The notes beneath the pieces were generated by a model. That model ran no database searches. It was given only the letters and a program-made list of their open reading frames with translations, and had not been told where the DNA came from. Below are positions 45,301-58,634 of a DNA stretch of 64,000 bases, piece after piece (the first letter of the stretch is position 1; every line of letters starts with the position of its first letter). The stretch lies in the NCBI GenBank assembly GCA_001600815.1, contig BCKZ01000010.1:203527-267526 (forward strand). Direction: 5' to 3'. This DNA comes from Alloascoidea hylecoeti. Its lineage: Eukaryota. Made by a program: the position numbers and the translations under genes.

Positions 45301-47832
45301 GTTTTTAATGCAGGTTCTAAAACATCATCATACCAAGTATACTTATAAGTTGCTGAAGTATTATAAATTACTGTAGCATCACCACTATAATGTACAGCGC
45401 TTGAATCATAATCAGGATATCTTGTTTCGTTAATCTGAAACCAAACTGTATGATCTTTAACAAGGTCTGGGCAAAAGTACGTTAAAGGTTTTGGAAAATA
45501 TACTGATAACTCTTGACCAGCGAATGGCATCATAATTAAAGAAGAAGTTTTAGTAGGAGTATCTGAATGTTGGGTTTTATAAAACTTTGTAAAATCATAA
45601 ACTTTGCCATTAATCGATCCATAATAATCTTTAACACCTTGATGATATCCAACTTCTTTAGTATTCCATACTTTATCAAAATCTGGGCAAATAAATCTCA
45701 TTAAGAAAATCATATAAAATACAATAGATGCATTCAATAAAAATATAAAGAAACAAATTACAACTTTTTCACGCCATGCCATTCTTACATCTGGTCTTCT
45801 CATACCACCAACATACTTTAGGATTGGTGACGGGATCCACCATGTTAATCCCCAAACAAAAGTTATCCAAAGTTTTCTTTCTCTTGATAATGTTTTAGTT
45901 TTAATATCCTTTGCTTTAATTGAAGGATCAGATGTTGGGAGTTTGTCTTCTAAATAATCTTCAGCCAGTAATTGGTTATATTGATCTTCATTATTATTAT
46001 CGTTATCATCAACCGTTTTCATTGGTGATGATGATCCAAATAATTGATCATGTAAGTGCATTTGTTGTAGGTCAAATGGATTTTCTATAACTGTTTGACC
46101 TTGAGGAATTGCAATGACTGAAGGATCATGATATGTGTGAGCTCTAGATTCCAAAATATTCCAAACATTTTCAGTTACCCAAACTCTTTCATCACCACAA
46201 AATACTTGTTCAATACCCCAACCTTGTAATTTGCACCAATCAGTTAGACTATCTTTTTCAGGTAAAACGTTAACCCCATTTAATAAATAATTATTAATAA
46301 ATTCATCATAATCAAAATCAACACAATATGGTAACATTGTTCTTTTATTGATCCAATCTAATAATTTAATATGTCTAATTTGTTTTGAAACATGTTGTGT
46401 TGACCAAACTTGATTTTTAAATTGATTTACTAAACATGATTTAGATGATGGTGCCATATTTAAAATTGACCAAACTCTTGTTTCTATAAACATTTCAGAT
46501 AATTCTAGGGTTGTATTGAATAAATCATCAATACTTAAATCAGATTTAAAAATTCCTTTATTAGCATTAACATCAATAGGACCAGCATTGTAAACAACAT
46601 CATTTGATATAATATTTTTCTTGAAGTAATCTAACCTTTCTTGGGTTTTCTCATTATCAGAATATTCCATTTGAGTGATTTTACCTGAAATTAACCCATT
46701 TGTTTCAAATCCTGAGTTAAATCCATCAGCCAAAATTTCATTGTTTATACCTATAGTATCATCAAAAACACTTCTCAAAATTCTATATTGTTGTTCATTT
46801 GGTAATTCAATTATGTTTACCACAGCAGCAATAGGTAAATCAGGATTTTTTGAATCATTTTCTAATTTATGCAATTGTTCAATTTTTGATGTTTCAATTA
46901 AAGATAATTTTTCATTTAACTTATTTATAATAAAGTTTACCAATTTTAAATAAGCAGTCTCTAAAACCTGAGTAGGAGTATATAATTCAAAAATCTCAGG
47001 ACCTAAAGATAATAAAGTGGCACCATCAACAAGATCATCATCATTCTCATCAGCATTACCTAATAATAAAATCGAACCCAAAACACTATAGACTTCAGCT
47101 ATTTCAGATTTTGTGAATCCAAAATGTTCAAATGATAACCTCCAATCAGAAGCTAATAACTCGTCATCAACAACTAAATCTTTCAAGTAATCCAATTCAT
47201 TTAATTTAAATATATTTGATTTTAATAATTTATAATCTTCCGAAGGAGAACTTTTAATGTTGAAAACATTTTTTTCTAATTCATTCAAAGAATTTAAGAA
47301 ATGATAAAATACATCAAAAGATCTGGTACCATTTTGTAGTTCGGATGTAATTGGAGATAAATCAATCGGGCCAGTCAATTTTAAATCTGATTTTAGAATA
47401 TTACCATCATGATCGAGGGTGAAAGCAAATAATAACCCCGAATGGCAGGATGTTGAAGGATTCTCCTCAGTTAATCTTGTTAAGAATGGTAGTAATATTT
47501 GTAAAGCAGTTGTAAACAAAAACGTATCTTCTGTCGGTAAATTTGATATGATTTCTTTGAGGGCAGATGGAGCTGTTGGATGAAGTTGACTAAAAAGATG
47601 GAGAGTATTGTTAATATAATAAAACAAGGAATTTGAAGTAACATGCAACCACCTACGTTACCGTCATTGTTTGGTTTTCATTTCTCAAGTACGCATGTCT
47701 CCAAAGGTTTTCAAGGAATTCAGAATCCACAGTGTCATCAAGCTGGAGCTCCGTGGTTGAGTCAACGTTGATATTTGGAATTCCATCCTCAAAATGGGAA
47801 TGTATAGTCTTCAACAAAGAAGAAGAGTTCAT
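42339..47832 (-). CDS. Class VII-type chitin synthase (degenerate myosin-motor-like N-terminus, cytochrome b5-like region); intron 47590-47656
   Basis: MAWREK, IPAYTE, PGNRGKRDSQ, IDADT, CLPGCF, LGEDRYLT, QRRRW and FTWGNTR. Exon 1 (MNSSS...LWRHAYLR) splices in frame via GTAGGT...TAG. Confidence 0.9.
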
Positions 47833-48108
47833 TTCCACAGATGTAGAGAAAGGATACAGATACGAAGCGATAATAAAGGATGTCGTATATTCTCGTAAAA
47901 TGGAAAGAGGTAAAAATAGATTTTTGCGCTGTGCAGGTGCAGGTGCAGGTGCAGAAATGGGGATGTATGTATGGATGTACGGCCTACGTGGTGCCTCGTG
48001 ACAGTGTGGTGGTTGCCATGCCGACACACATCCAACACCCATTGTTTACTTTGAATATTAACTTTACACTTTTTGTTACTTCATCATATAACTAGAATAT
48101 AGTAGAAA

Positions 48109-51100
48109 ATGGCTTCAACCCAAAACAATGTTCCTATAAAAGTGTATGTAAGATCTAGAAACCGATCGCCAAAAGAAATATCTTCAAATGCAAATACAAT
48201 TATAAAGACTCCATCCAATAAGTCATTAATAATTACAAACCCTAATGGTTATAATGGGGTTTCAACCAAAACCTACGAATTTGAACATGTTTTCAGTCCA
48301 ATATCTGATCAAAAGGATATCTTTGAGAAATTGGTTCTTGAGGTTTTAGCAGAGGTTAGGAGTGGCTGCAATTGTACTGTTTTCGCCTATGGACAAACTG
48401 GAACAGGGAAAACTTATACTATGATGGGTGATTTAGATGTTCGAATGGGTAGAATTGGTGTCGATGCTGGGATTATACCCAGAGTTCTAGACAGTATATT
48501 TAGGAAAGAAAAAAATGACGCTAATGACAATAATGATGATCATCATATGGGAGATAATATAAATGTTAAGGTATCTTTTGTTGAACTATACAATGAAGAA
48601 TTACGAGACCTATTATCAGTAGATGATTCAAAAAAAGTTAAAATATATGATAATAACTCATCGAATCACAAATCAATTAATGTTCAGGGGTTGGAAGAAT
48701 TTTCGATAACTGACTCAATTACTGGTCTTGAATTACTAACAAAAGGCAATGAAAAGAGACAGGTTGCTGCTACAAATTCAAATGATTATTCTTCAAGATC
48801 TCATACAATATTCACAATTACAATTCATAATTTGCAAAATAATAAAATAAGTAAATTAAATTTAGTCGATTTAGCCGGATCGGAAAATATATCAAAATCT
48901 TTAAAATCTGTTAATCATGAACAGAAAAGAGCAAGAGAAGCTGGACTTATAAATCAATCGTTATTAACTTTAGGTAGAGTCATTAACGCACTTGTTGAAA
49001 AACAACCTCATATACCCTATCGTGAATCAAATCTAACAAGATTATTACGAGATTCCTTAGGCGGTGGTACAAGAACAAGAATGATTGCAACAATTAGTCC
49101 TGCTGATATATGCTTTGATGAAACAATTTCGACCTTAGAATATGCGACACGAGCCAAATCTGTTCAAAATAAAAATCAATCACTTAATTCTAATACAAAT
49201 AATAATGTACCACAGTTACATTTATTACAACAAATTGATACCTTGAAAAAAGAATTAAGGGAATCGAGATTAAAAGATGGTGTTCATTTGACACAAGAGA
49301 AATATAATGAGATTATAACTGAAGGAGAAATGGCCAAATTACGAGTCACGGAATTGACAGGAAGAGTTGAACTTTTAGAGAAAAGAGAAGTACAGCAAAG
49401 AGCTGAATGGGAAGAATGTATGCAGGGTTGGATAAAAACAAAAGATGAGTTAAATTTAGCAAACACTCAGTTATCAGAAAAAACCGAAAAACTCAAAATA
49501 CAAAAAAATCAATTAAATGAATCATTACAGGGATTAAATTTTGAAAAAGAAATTAGCAATATATTAGAAACAAAAAATTTCACACTATCAACTATTTCCA
49601 ATAATTTAATTTCAAAGATTTTAAATACAATAAGTGATTTAAAAAATTTATCTGAACAAATTAATAAAAATTTAACAATTGATTCAAATAATGATCAACA
49701 AGTTTTAAAATTAAAAAAATTAATAAATGGGAATGTTAAAATATTAATAAATTGTTTTAAAAGTTTTAAAATTCAATTATTTAAAAGTTGTGAAGATCTA
49801 ACAGATTCAATAGAAACTTATGGAAAATCACAAGAAGATATCTTTGGTGATGGAATTCAAAAATATGATGAAAAAGGATTATTGTTTTCTACTCAATTTG
49901 ACCAGTTAAAATCAATATTAGATACAAATTTATCTCAAGCCTTGGGATTAATTAATGATTCAACGAAAATAAGTGATGAATTAGAAAATGATGTTTCTGG
50001 ACAAATTTCTGAAGGTAAAGGTTACATTTCAAATTCGTCTAATGAGTTAATGAATACTATCACTGAAATTAAAGAAAACTTATCTTTGAAATTATCAGAA
50101 ATTAGTACATCAGTTAGTACTGAATTTTCCCAATTAAAAGATAAAATACAACAACAAAATTCAGATATTAATGAACTTTGTGGAGAACTTGCAATTGCAA
50201 ATAATAGATATCGCGAGTTATGTTTATCCAACAGTAAGGAATTATCCAATGTTAAACTACAAAATAGTGAAAGACTGAAAAAAGCTAAATGTGATATGCT
50301 ACTACAATTTGATACAATTATGGAAAGTATTCTACACGAAAAATCAGATTTATTAAATGATGATATTGATCTAATATCAAATGAAATTGAAAAAGATTCT
50401 AATGAAAATGGAAAAAAATTTACAATGATAAATAATAGTGTTGAAAGTTTAAAGACTAAACAACAAAATATTATTAACGAGTGTTCAAATAAAAACGAAG
50501 AAATAATTAAAAATATTAATAGTTGCAAAGATAATTATACTAAAAAATTATTAAAAATTAATGAAAATAATAATATTTCAATTAATAAAATAGATGAATA
50601 TTTCAATTCATTATCACTTAATATAAATAATAAGCTGAAATTACTATCTGAAATTATTAAAAAATTAGAATTGATAACCGAAACAAATTTAAAAAATGAA
50701 TCAACAACTGAAATTAATTCAATTGGATTGAATCTTTCTACACATTTTATTGAACTAAAACAAGATTTCAATTCACTACAGGAAACTGTAAAAACATATA
50801 AAACAAATGCCCTTGGTCAGGTCGATGGTATTAATCATTTAAGTAATGAGTTCATTCAAATGGTAAAACCGCAGATAAATACTCTGAAAACCCAGGGTTT
50901 AGAAGAGTTAAAAGGAATTAAAAAATGTTCATTGAATCCTGAAATTAAGACTATAATGGAAAAAACTTATGAGGTGGATAATGATATTCCTGAATTGAAA
51001 ACTCGGGATGAGTTAAGAGATCAATTAAAACTTCAAATAAATTCTGATATTAAAGAGAATGAAAAATACGATGATAATGTTTGTTTACAAGACAAAGATG

Positions 51101-51411
51101 AAGAGATTCAACCTGAATTAGAGTTGATTGGAGACGCGAGTCAAAAAACTCCAACCCCAGAACCTATCGCAGAGATAAAATCTAGAAAGCGTGTTCCTTT
51201 GTCTGATCTTGATACCAACAATTTGGATTCTCATTTCAGTGTTCCTCCATCTAAGAGAAGAAGAGCATTAAGTACGATTATATCCGGAGAAGAAAATATG
51301 ATAACTAAAGAAAAGATCATTAAAGATACTCAAGATAAAATAACCGGCTCTGTTAGAAGGAAAAAGGGAAGAAGTTATATGAGACCGCAAACTAGGATGA
51401 GAAGGATATAA
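48109..51411 (+). CDS. Kinesin-5 (BimC/Kip1/Cin8 family)
   Basis: FAYGQTGTGKTYTM, NDYSSRSH, LVDLAGSE, REAGLINQSLLTLGRVI and HIPYRES, followed by a long coiled coil. Confidence 0.92.
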   Translation: MASTQNNVPIKVYVRSRNRSPKEISSNANTIIKTPSNKSLIITNPNGYNGVSTKTYEFEHVFSPISDQKDIFEKLVLEVLAEVRSGCNCTVFAYGQTGTGKTYTMMGDLDVRMGRIGVDAGIIPRVLDSIFRKEKNDANDNNDDHHMGDNINVKVSFVELYNEELRDLLSVDDSKKVKIYDNNSSNHKSINVQGLEEFSITDSITGLELLTKGNEKRQVAATNSNDYSSRSHTIFTITIHNLQNNKISKLNLVDLAGSENISKSLKSVNHEQKRAREAGLINQSLLTLGRVINALVEKQPHIPYRESNLTRLLRDSLGGGTRTRMIATISPADICFDETISTLEYATRAKSVQNKNQSLNSNTNNNVPQLHLLQQIDTLKKELRESRLKDGVHLTQEKYNEIITEGEMAKLRVTELTGRVELLEKREVQQRAEWEECMQGWIKTKDELNLANTQLSEKTEKLKIQKNQLNESLQGLNFEKEISNILETKNFTLSTISNNLISKILNTISDLKNLSEQINKNLTIDSNNDQQVLKLKKLINGNVKILINCFKSFKIQLFKSCEDLTDSIETYGKSQEDIFGDGIQKYDEKGLLFSTQFDQLKSILDTNLSQALGLINDSTKISDELENDVSGQISEGKGYISNSSNELMNTITEIKENLSLKLSEISTSVSTEFSQLKDKIQQQNSDINELCGELAIANNRYRELCLSNSKELSNVKLQNSERLKKAKCDMLLQFDTIMESILHEKSDLLNDDIDLISNEIEKDSNENGKKFTMINNSVESLKTKQQNIINECSNKNEEIIKNINSCKDNYTKKLLKINENNNISINKIDEYFNSLSLNINNKLKLLSEIIKKLELITETNLKNESTTEINSIGLNLSTHFIELKQDFNSLQETVKTYKTNALGQVDGINHLSNEFIQMVKPQINTLKTQGLEELKGIKKCSLNPEIKTIMEKTYEVDNDIPELKTRDELRDQLKLQINSDIKENEKYDDNVCLQDKDEEIQPELELIGDASQKTPTPEPIAEIKSRKRVPLSDLDTNNLDSHFSVPPSKRRRALSTIISGEENMITKEKIIKDTQDKITGSVRRKKGRSYMRPQTRMRRI

Positions 51412-52547
51412 TCATGTTGGCATATGTTTTTTTTTTTATTTCTTTTTTTTTGTTTTCCCTATTCTTAAATTTATACTTTCATTGGTTAACATTATTGTTG
51501 TTGGTTTATTTGTATACTATCAATATGATTATTGGGTAGATATAGATACCTATAAAAATAGATTATAATAATATATATTTGTATTCATAAGTTTCTTTTT
51601 ACAATACATTTTTTTATGAATTGATGATTAGTTATACTATCAATATTGGTAAATATTGATAGTACCATGCTTTAATGAAAAAAGGGAACAAAATGATGTA
51701 ATGAAAATGGATATACAAACAATATCAAGAATATCTGAGGGATCGAAAATACAATAATAACTTACTCTCTTGAATGCCTACTATCAACGACTCTCTTCTT
51801 TGTTCTAACTTCTTAGATCTAATTGGGAAAGGGCAGTTCACATATATTTAAATGATATGCATGATTGTATAATCAAGGCACTAAAATGGACCTTAGTGAA
51901 GACAAATTAACAATATGAGCGCGAGGAGAAAATGAGAGATAATTCAAAGACTAAATACTGGCCCTATATAAATAAATGGTACTAATTTGGAAATATTTGA
52001 GCCATAGTTAATACTTAGACCATTACATTTTTGTTATAAATGTGGTCCATTTGTCTAGTATTTATTGGTTCGCTAAGTTACTTATCGAACACTACAGATA
52101 CGAAATGATGTACTCAATTGTATTGTATTGTATTGTACTGTCAAATAGGTCATTATTAGTGTATCATTATTCAGGTACGAACACGTCAACTACATGCCAA
52201 TATGCAAGCCTCACTTGGCAACAAACTTGTATTGTATTATTTGTACAACCCCGGAATTCCATGCATATAAACATTTTAACAGAAAACTATGGGATTAATA
52301 ATAGAGAACAATGAAACCCGCAGGATTGAACAGTCATGGTAAGTTTCCACAAATTTAAATCTATGAGGCTTATATCCATATACCCGAAATGTCCGCGCAC
52401 GTAGGTTTACTGTTTTAAAGACCGTTAAGTCCCGAACATATTATTTATAATCTAAATTTGAAATTAATCGGCACATATTTCCTTCCATGATGAGATCTTT
52501 TTAATTCCAAACCTTTTTTTAGATTTTTATATTGCTGTTAAAAAATT

Positions 52548-52610
52548 AAATAAATATATTATTTGGAAATAAATATTTTATTTGGAAATAAATATATTAT
52601 TTGGAAATAA
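52548..52610. repeat. 19-bp tandem repeat (AAATAAATATwTTATTTGG) x3
   Basis: Directly visible. Confidence 0.85.
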
Positions 52611-53197
52611 CTAATTATTCCGCGGTTACCCACAATATAGGCTTATAAGTTTAATTAGAGCTATTAATTTAAATTATTACTGCATAAGGATAAGGACCGG
52701 ATGATTATTAAACCTCAAAAGCTTTTAAGTCCATTTTTGTACAATAAAATTTCTAATCTAAGGAAATATATACAGTTATTAGAGTGAGAGATTTTTTTCG
52801 AAAACCATGAGAAAAAGGAAATCAAATTAATCTGAGATTTTACACTTTTTGGGAAATTTTCACAAACTTTTATTTTGTTGAAGAATACTCTAATCTAACT
52901 TGGTTATTTTTCAAACTTAAAACATTGATTTTTATTCTATTTCGCATGAAATTTTAAGAAACTCCATCAGTATTCTATTATTAGGGCCCACGATCACCAA
53001 GTTGACATCTGAGATTAAGCTGAAATTCAGCTGAGCGTTGAAGACTAAAAAGTCAATATGCATGTAAAACTTAATATTATACTCGATGAAACTATATTCT
53101 GAATTTCTGAATACAAAAGGAGATAATGCATAGTTATGGCACTATGAACATATAAATTGTGTACCGGTATGTCCGATAAATTTGTACAGCTACTAAA

Positions 53198-53291
53198 TGT
53201 TAAAGTTCAAAGTGCCTGTTCTCCCAGTTGCGCCAAAAAGCCAATCGACTCTTTAGTGAACTGTTCTAAGAGTGTAATATATATCCAACAC
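53198..53291 (-). mobile_element. 5'-truncated SINE-like copy C
   Basis: Reverse complement of 17918-18011 with one mismatch in 94 bp. ACTAAAT occurs at both ends (53192-53198, 53290-53296). Confidence 0.85.
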
Positions 53292-55372
53292 TAAATATTG
53301 TACTCATCTAGATCTATAACCTATAAAGTTATTGATTATTGTACCGTATATGCCATATTGTGGGGCTGAATAGTATATAAACGTATATTGACTAATTATA
53401 TAATCAATGTATAAAATCAATTTTGTAATACTAAGAATATTTATGTTATAACTAATATGCCTACAATGATAAGTCCGGTTGTTATTCATGATAAGTATTC
53501 CATTTTGTGTCGGCACTAGAACTATAGTGGAATTTCAATTCATAAATATTTATTTAAATTATATTCTCAATTGATGACCACGTGCAATAAAAAGATATCG
53601 ATTTAGATTTAACCTTTTTATTTTATTTCATTTAAAGGGTAAGCTACTAAAGCGGTGTTCTACCAACCGAGCACACGTGCACCATCAGAAACACAAAGAC
53701 TAAAACAATTTTATTTTTTTAATTTAACAAATCTATTTATTGTTTATTTAAAAGGTATCGATCCTAGGAGACACAGGAGAATCTGGTAGCTGTTTTGTAA
53801 AAGATTATACAATCATTTGACGTCTGAATTCACGGTTGATACGTAACTTACCCTATATGAATAAGTTTCAGTAGGTTAGTGTTTACTGTTAACGTTTAGG
53901 TGTAAACATATCTGGGGTTCCGAGGATTCTTTTCCGAAGGCATTGCATAGGTACAGGATTCGGATATGTTCCGGATACCATCTATGGTCATCAAATAAAG
54001 TACATGTACACTTATCAGTGGAACCCATATTGATTAGATTTCACAGCGAACAGAAAATTAGAATTAGAATATAAGTGCGTGTATGTTGTATTCTTCTTAA
54101 ATCACAATTGGGTAAGGCCATGCAACTAGTTATCCGATGGAAAGTGCCTTGAAGAATTTGTAATTGATTTTATAATTAGATTTGGTGTTAGATTATGCGC
54201 GTCTCCTTCTCGCATAACACACTTCGCAATTGCGACATGTTCTTTGAAAGAAACCAATTAAATTTCAGATTAGACCTCTCAGACTTATAGATAATATTAG
54301 AAAAGGAGCACCCAGTCTCTAACATAGTGTGGTATTATGTAGTGGTGGTTGGTGGTGCAGAAAATGATATGTAGAGAATCTAGAATCTAGGATCTAGGAT
54401 ACTCCGTATTGAGAAATATCAGCTCCAAAAATCCGTATTACAATTTTTGTATTACAAATAGCCATTAAGATACTTTAAAGTTTCTTTTTAAGAATTAGAT
54501 TATAAAGTGTAAAGTTTTCCAGCTGCAGTGTCTTAACCTTATAATCAAATAAAGTCAAGATCCAGACTCTTCTTTTTATCTTGTAGTAATAGAGATTAAA
54601 ATATATATATATTGTTGGTTATTTTTTCCACTCATAGACATATGTGTACTAACTCTTTTCAACATTATGATTTGAATAATATGCATATAACTTTTATAAT
54701 TAAAAGGTTTTAGTAGTGAATCTACGTACTAATGATGTACAGAAAGTGCAATTAGAATATTAATATATTTGCAATTAACATGGATGTGTGTTTGACGGAT
54801 ATCAAACCTCCAGGTATTTCGATAAATTAATTATATCATTATCGCATTCATATTTCATAATTTATCTTTCTAAATTTGCCAGCTTAAATTAAGTTAAGCT
54901 TAAACAAACTAAACTTAAAATAAATCTTATAATTTCTCCCATTTTACAATGAGTTCGGAATATAATTTTAAGTAAAATAAAACGCTACAAATGAAGCATT
55001 ATAGATAAATTTATAATTAGTGGAACGGTTAACAATTATAATGGTCTTTCTTTCCCCTCAATTAAGGTTTTATTGAACCTTTATTTTTGGGATTTGCATA
55101 TATATTTTCCATGACAAAAAAATAGTTTAAAACTATATAATATCCTAGAAATTCTAAAACTGTAATAAAAATCCAAAATTTCCAAACCAGGGTGGTTTAT
55201 ATATAATAATATCTTCCGCTAATTTTTGAATTGAATTTACTTCACTTCTCCTCTTATAAGAACATTTCTCTTGAAGAATAAAAATTAGAAACTAATTCTT
55301 ATCATTGTTAATTGTTAATTAGACTTAATAACTCTTTTTCTCACACAATCATACAAAGTCAATACTGTTAAT

Positions 55373-57145
55373 ATGCCATACTCTACAGAAAGTAGCCGTT
55401 GGAACGCTTTCCAATTTGTTGATCCTCTAGCAGCTGGATGTTTTGTTGTCTGTCGGAAACAAGTCTCTCAATATTGTAGACCTGATTGCGAGGCCCGGCC
55501 TCCAACTCCAAGAAGAGCTTCTGTTATATTTATGAATACACCAGAGTTAGCTGAAAGGGCTGGTTACACTCCTTGTGTGTATTGTTATCCCCAACTTACT
55601 CCAACAGTTGATATTCACATTATAGCCAAAACTATTACTCAGGTTAATAAGGAAATAGGATTTGTTCCATCATCGGTAGAGCCTTCAAGCTCAGATTTTG
55701 AATTTGTGTCTGCGGAACAGCCTCACGAAATGGCAAATATACCTAAACTATCAGCTGCAGGCAGTAGAAAGCTTCTACGAAATGAACCTGATCATAGTCA
55801 ATTAGTTGATTTTGCGTGTCGCCATATAGCAGCAGCAGCAGTTAATGCCTTACTAGCTTCTTTGGAACTTGATTCTTCGTCAAATGAAAAGGATAAAAAT
55901 TTGAAGCAGGAAACGGATAGAAAAACAAAAAAAAGAAAGATTAAAACCGAGACTGAAATTGAAGAGACTGCACAAACTAAAAAAGATAGAAAAGGTAATA
56001 TTTTTGTAATGGAATCAGGAATCTCTGAGATTAAAAAGAAAAAACGAAGAGGTGGGGTTCTTGGATTTAAAGAATTGGCTTCTAAAGCAAAACTATCACC
56101 ATGGCACTTTCATCGTGTATTCAAGTCAATAACAAAAATGACACCAAAAGCCTACGGTGATTTATGCTGGGATATAGTAAGTAAAAGGAAAGATTTTGTT
56201 GATGCTTTAAAAACTGGAGCTGCTTCATCAGCATACTCAAGAAGACTATCAGCACAGGAGGCAGCATTAAAGCAACAAAATGAGAAGAAAAAGAAAGCAA
56301 AGGTTTATTACTATGGTGAATTTACTTCTCGTCCATCAGTTTATAACCTTACTGATTCTACTGATGGAATGGTATACCTACCTTCATTTTCTGATGGCAT
56401 ACAAAACTATGATTCTTGTGTGGATGTTAGGAATCAACCAATAAATAACATTAATATTGACTCGATTTCCTATAAACCCAGTTCACTTTCAGGATTTCCA
56501 ATCAGTTCTGATTATGCAAGTCAGCCGGTATCTTCAAATGTTCCTGTTCCTCTTCTCATGTCTTTAATGCCTTCATCTTTAACTTTACCAAATGCTTCTT
56601 TTATGAATGCAACAGACACAACAATATCTCCATTAAGTAATACCGATCCAGTACTTAATATGACTTCAGATGATGATATAATTACACATGGTAATGTACC
56701 CGGAGTAGCTAATATTGAAATTACTCAGAATGATTCTTCTTCTATTTACTATACACCACAATTGCAAGCAACATCTCCTCATTCTAATCCACCTCTAAAT
56801 TATTCACCAAGCTCTTCGAATGGTTCTTCTCCTTCTGATTTAGCTTCTACTCTTTTCAATTCCGGTCCTGATTATTCAATAATCTCAACGCCTGATATGA
56901 ATTTAATTCACATGGAAGATATTATCACTCCAGTCTATAATGCTAATAGAAACTGCAAGTTCTTTGAGTTAAAGATCAGAGAGTCAGACCTGTTTAACGA
57001 AAGAATTTACGGTCTCCCTAGAAAGTCAAAAATGTCTATAAATCCTGAAGCTAGTAAAGTGAATGAATTTGTTAGAATTATCGATAATCCGTTTGATGGC
57101 ACTTACCGGGATGATTTTGGAAGAAACTTCAATACTTATATATAA
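55373..57145 (+). CDS. Ada-like protein: Ada Zn-binding (methylphosphotriester repair) domain plus AraC-type HTH
   Basis: RWNAFQFVDP...YCRPDC...AGYTPCVYC and FKELASKAKLSPWHFHRVFKSITKMTPKAY, with a Ser-rich tail. Confidence 0.88.
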   Translation: MPYSTESSRWNAFQFVDPLAAGCFVVCRKQVSQYCRPDCEARPPTPRRASVIFMNTPELAERAGYTPCVYCYPQLTPTVDIHIIAKTITQVNKEIGFVPSSVEPSSSDFEFVSAEQPHEMANIPKLSAAGSRKLLRNEPDHSQLVDFACRHIAAAAVNALLASLELDSSSNEKDKNLKQETDRKTKKRKIKTETEIEETAQTKKDRKGNIFVMESGISEIKKKKRRGGVLGFKELASKAKLSPWHFHRVFKSITKMTPKAYGDLCWDIVSKRKDFVDALKTGAASSAYSRRLSAQEAALKQQNEKKKKAKVYYYGEFTSRPSVYNLTDSTDGMVYLPSFSDGIQNYDSCVDVRNQPINNINIDSISYKPSSLSGFPISSDYASQPVSSNVPVPLLMSLMPSSLTLPNASFMNATDTTISPLSNTDPVLNMTSDDDIITHGNVPGVANIEITQNDSSSIYYTPQLQATSPHSNPPLNYSPSSSNGSSPSDLASTLFNSGPDYSIISTPDMNLIHMEDIITPVYNANRNCKFFELKIRESDLFNERIYGLPRKSKMSINPEASKVNEFVRIIDNPFDGTYRDDFGRNFNTYI

Positions 57146-58634
57146 CTATCCCTTCGAACAAACATGAGTACTAGTAGGTCTCAATTCACAAAATAAACAA
57201 CTGAAGTTCTAAATATATTTTGAATATAAATAAATACAGAGTACAAATAAAAAATCAATTCCAATTGAAACTAAGCTTTATGACACACACATACACACAT
57301 GTCTACTTAATTTCCTATTCATTTTATACTTTTTTTGTTCATTTTCTAATGGTTTTCTTTATCCTTAATTTTTTTCTTCGTCTTTGTAATTGTTTTTGTT
57401 ATTCACTTGTTACTCATACTACACAACTGCTGCATACATCAAATTTGCATTTGTGTTGTATTGTACTTATAAAACGGTTGGGAGGGGCAGTTCTAATCCC
57501 ATTTACTACTTTTTCTAATTCATATTTTTTGTTCTATAGCTATATACACATTGTTTCTTTGTAAATTATTTTGAAATTATTAATAATGTTCGACTACATA
57601 TTAGCTCGTATGTGTATCACTTTTTTTTATATGATAGATCTATAGAATTGATACTAATTATAGATCATTAATCCATCTTGCAATCATCTTATAATTACAA
57701 TGGTGCACTTACAATTGCAATCGAACAAATCAATCTTGATATAATTTGCCTGATATAGTAATATGATAAATATTATATAAATAAAATATACCGTATCCAA
57801 TATTCTTTATTATTGACTCTATCTTTTGAGTAGTTCACCGGTTGTAAATCAGCTAGCCATATAGCCTATGTACATATGCAGGTTCCAAACAGTTATATGT
57901 ACGTATTTCTAGCTGCATATGTAGGTATCCCTAAAACGCCAATTTGGGATAGACCTGAAACTCTAACTTTGAGGAGAATAGCTACATTCCTCATAATCTT
58001 GACATCTTCTCGCGTCTACACACACTCTTATATAGCTCTTACTTAGCTTACTGACGTCAATTAGCACTATTGCAATTGCAATTGGATTGTAATTAAGTTT
58101 TATACTAACCGTCGGTAATTGAAAGTAACACACCAAGTTATATAGCTAATTAAGACCAGAAGATTAAAAACTTATCGGAAGCTTCAGTGATGACACCTGT
58201 GGTTTATAATTAAGTTCTGTGATAGCTCTGATAGCTGGAAGGCACAAGATGATATAATTACTGAGCTGATTAAGAGACGACTCGATACAGACCAATTGAT
58301 CACATAGTAGTTAACGTGCAATCTAATAATTGATCCCTGCTGCAGGTCAGTTTATAAGAATATAACTAGCGATAGTAAAAATTTCAAGGAAATACCAACC
58401 ACGAAGAACAAATATTGTTAGCAAATGCTTCTATGGGATAGAGCTTCCATTTGTGTATTTTCGATTCAATCTATGTACTTTGGTACTTTGACGGAGGAGA
58501 AATAACGGATAAACTATTATAATTAATTAAAATTCTGTTTCACGTGCACAAACGGGAACACCAAAAAATTAGACACAAAATCAAAAAGAGATCACCAATT
58601 ACTTCATAATTTGGTAGAGACCAAAACGTTCACG

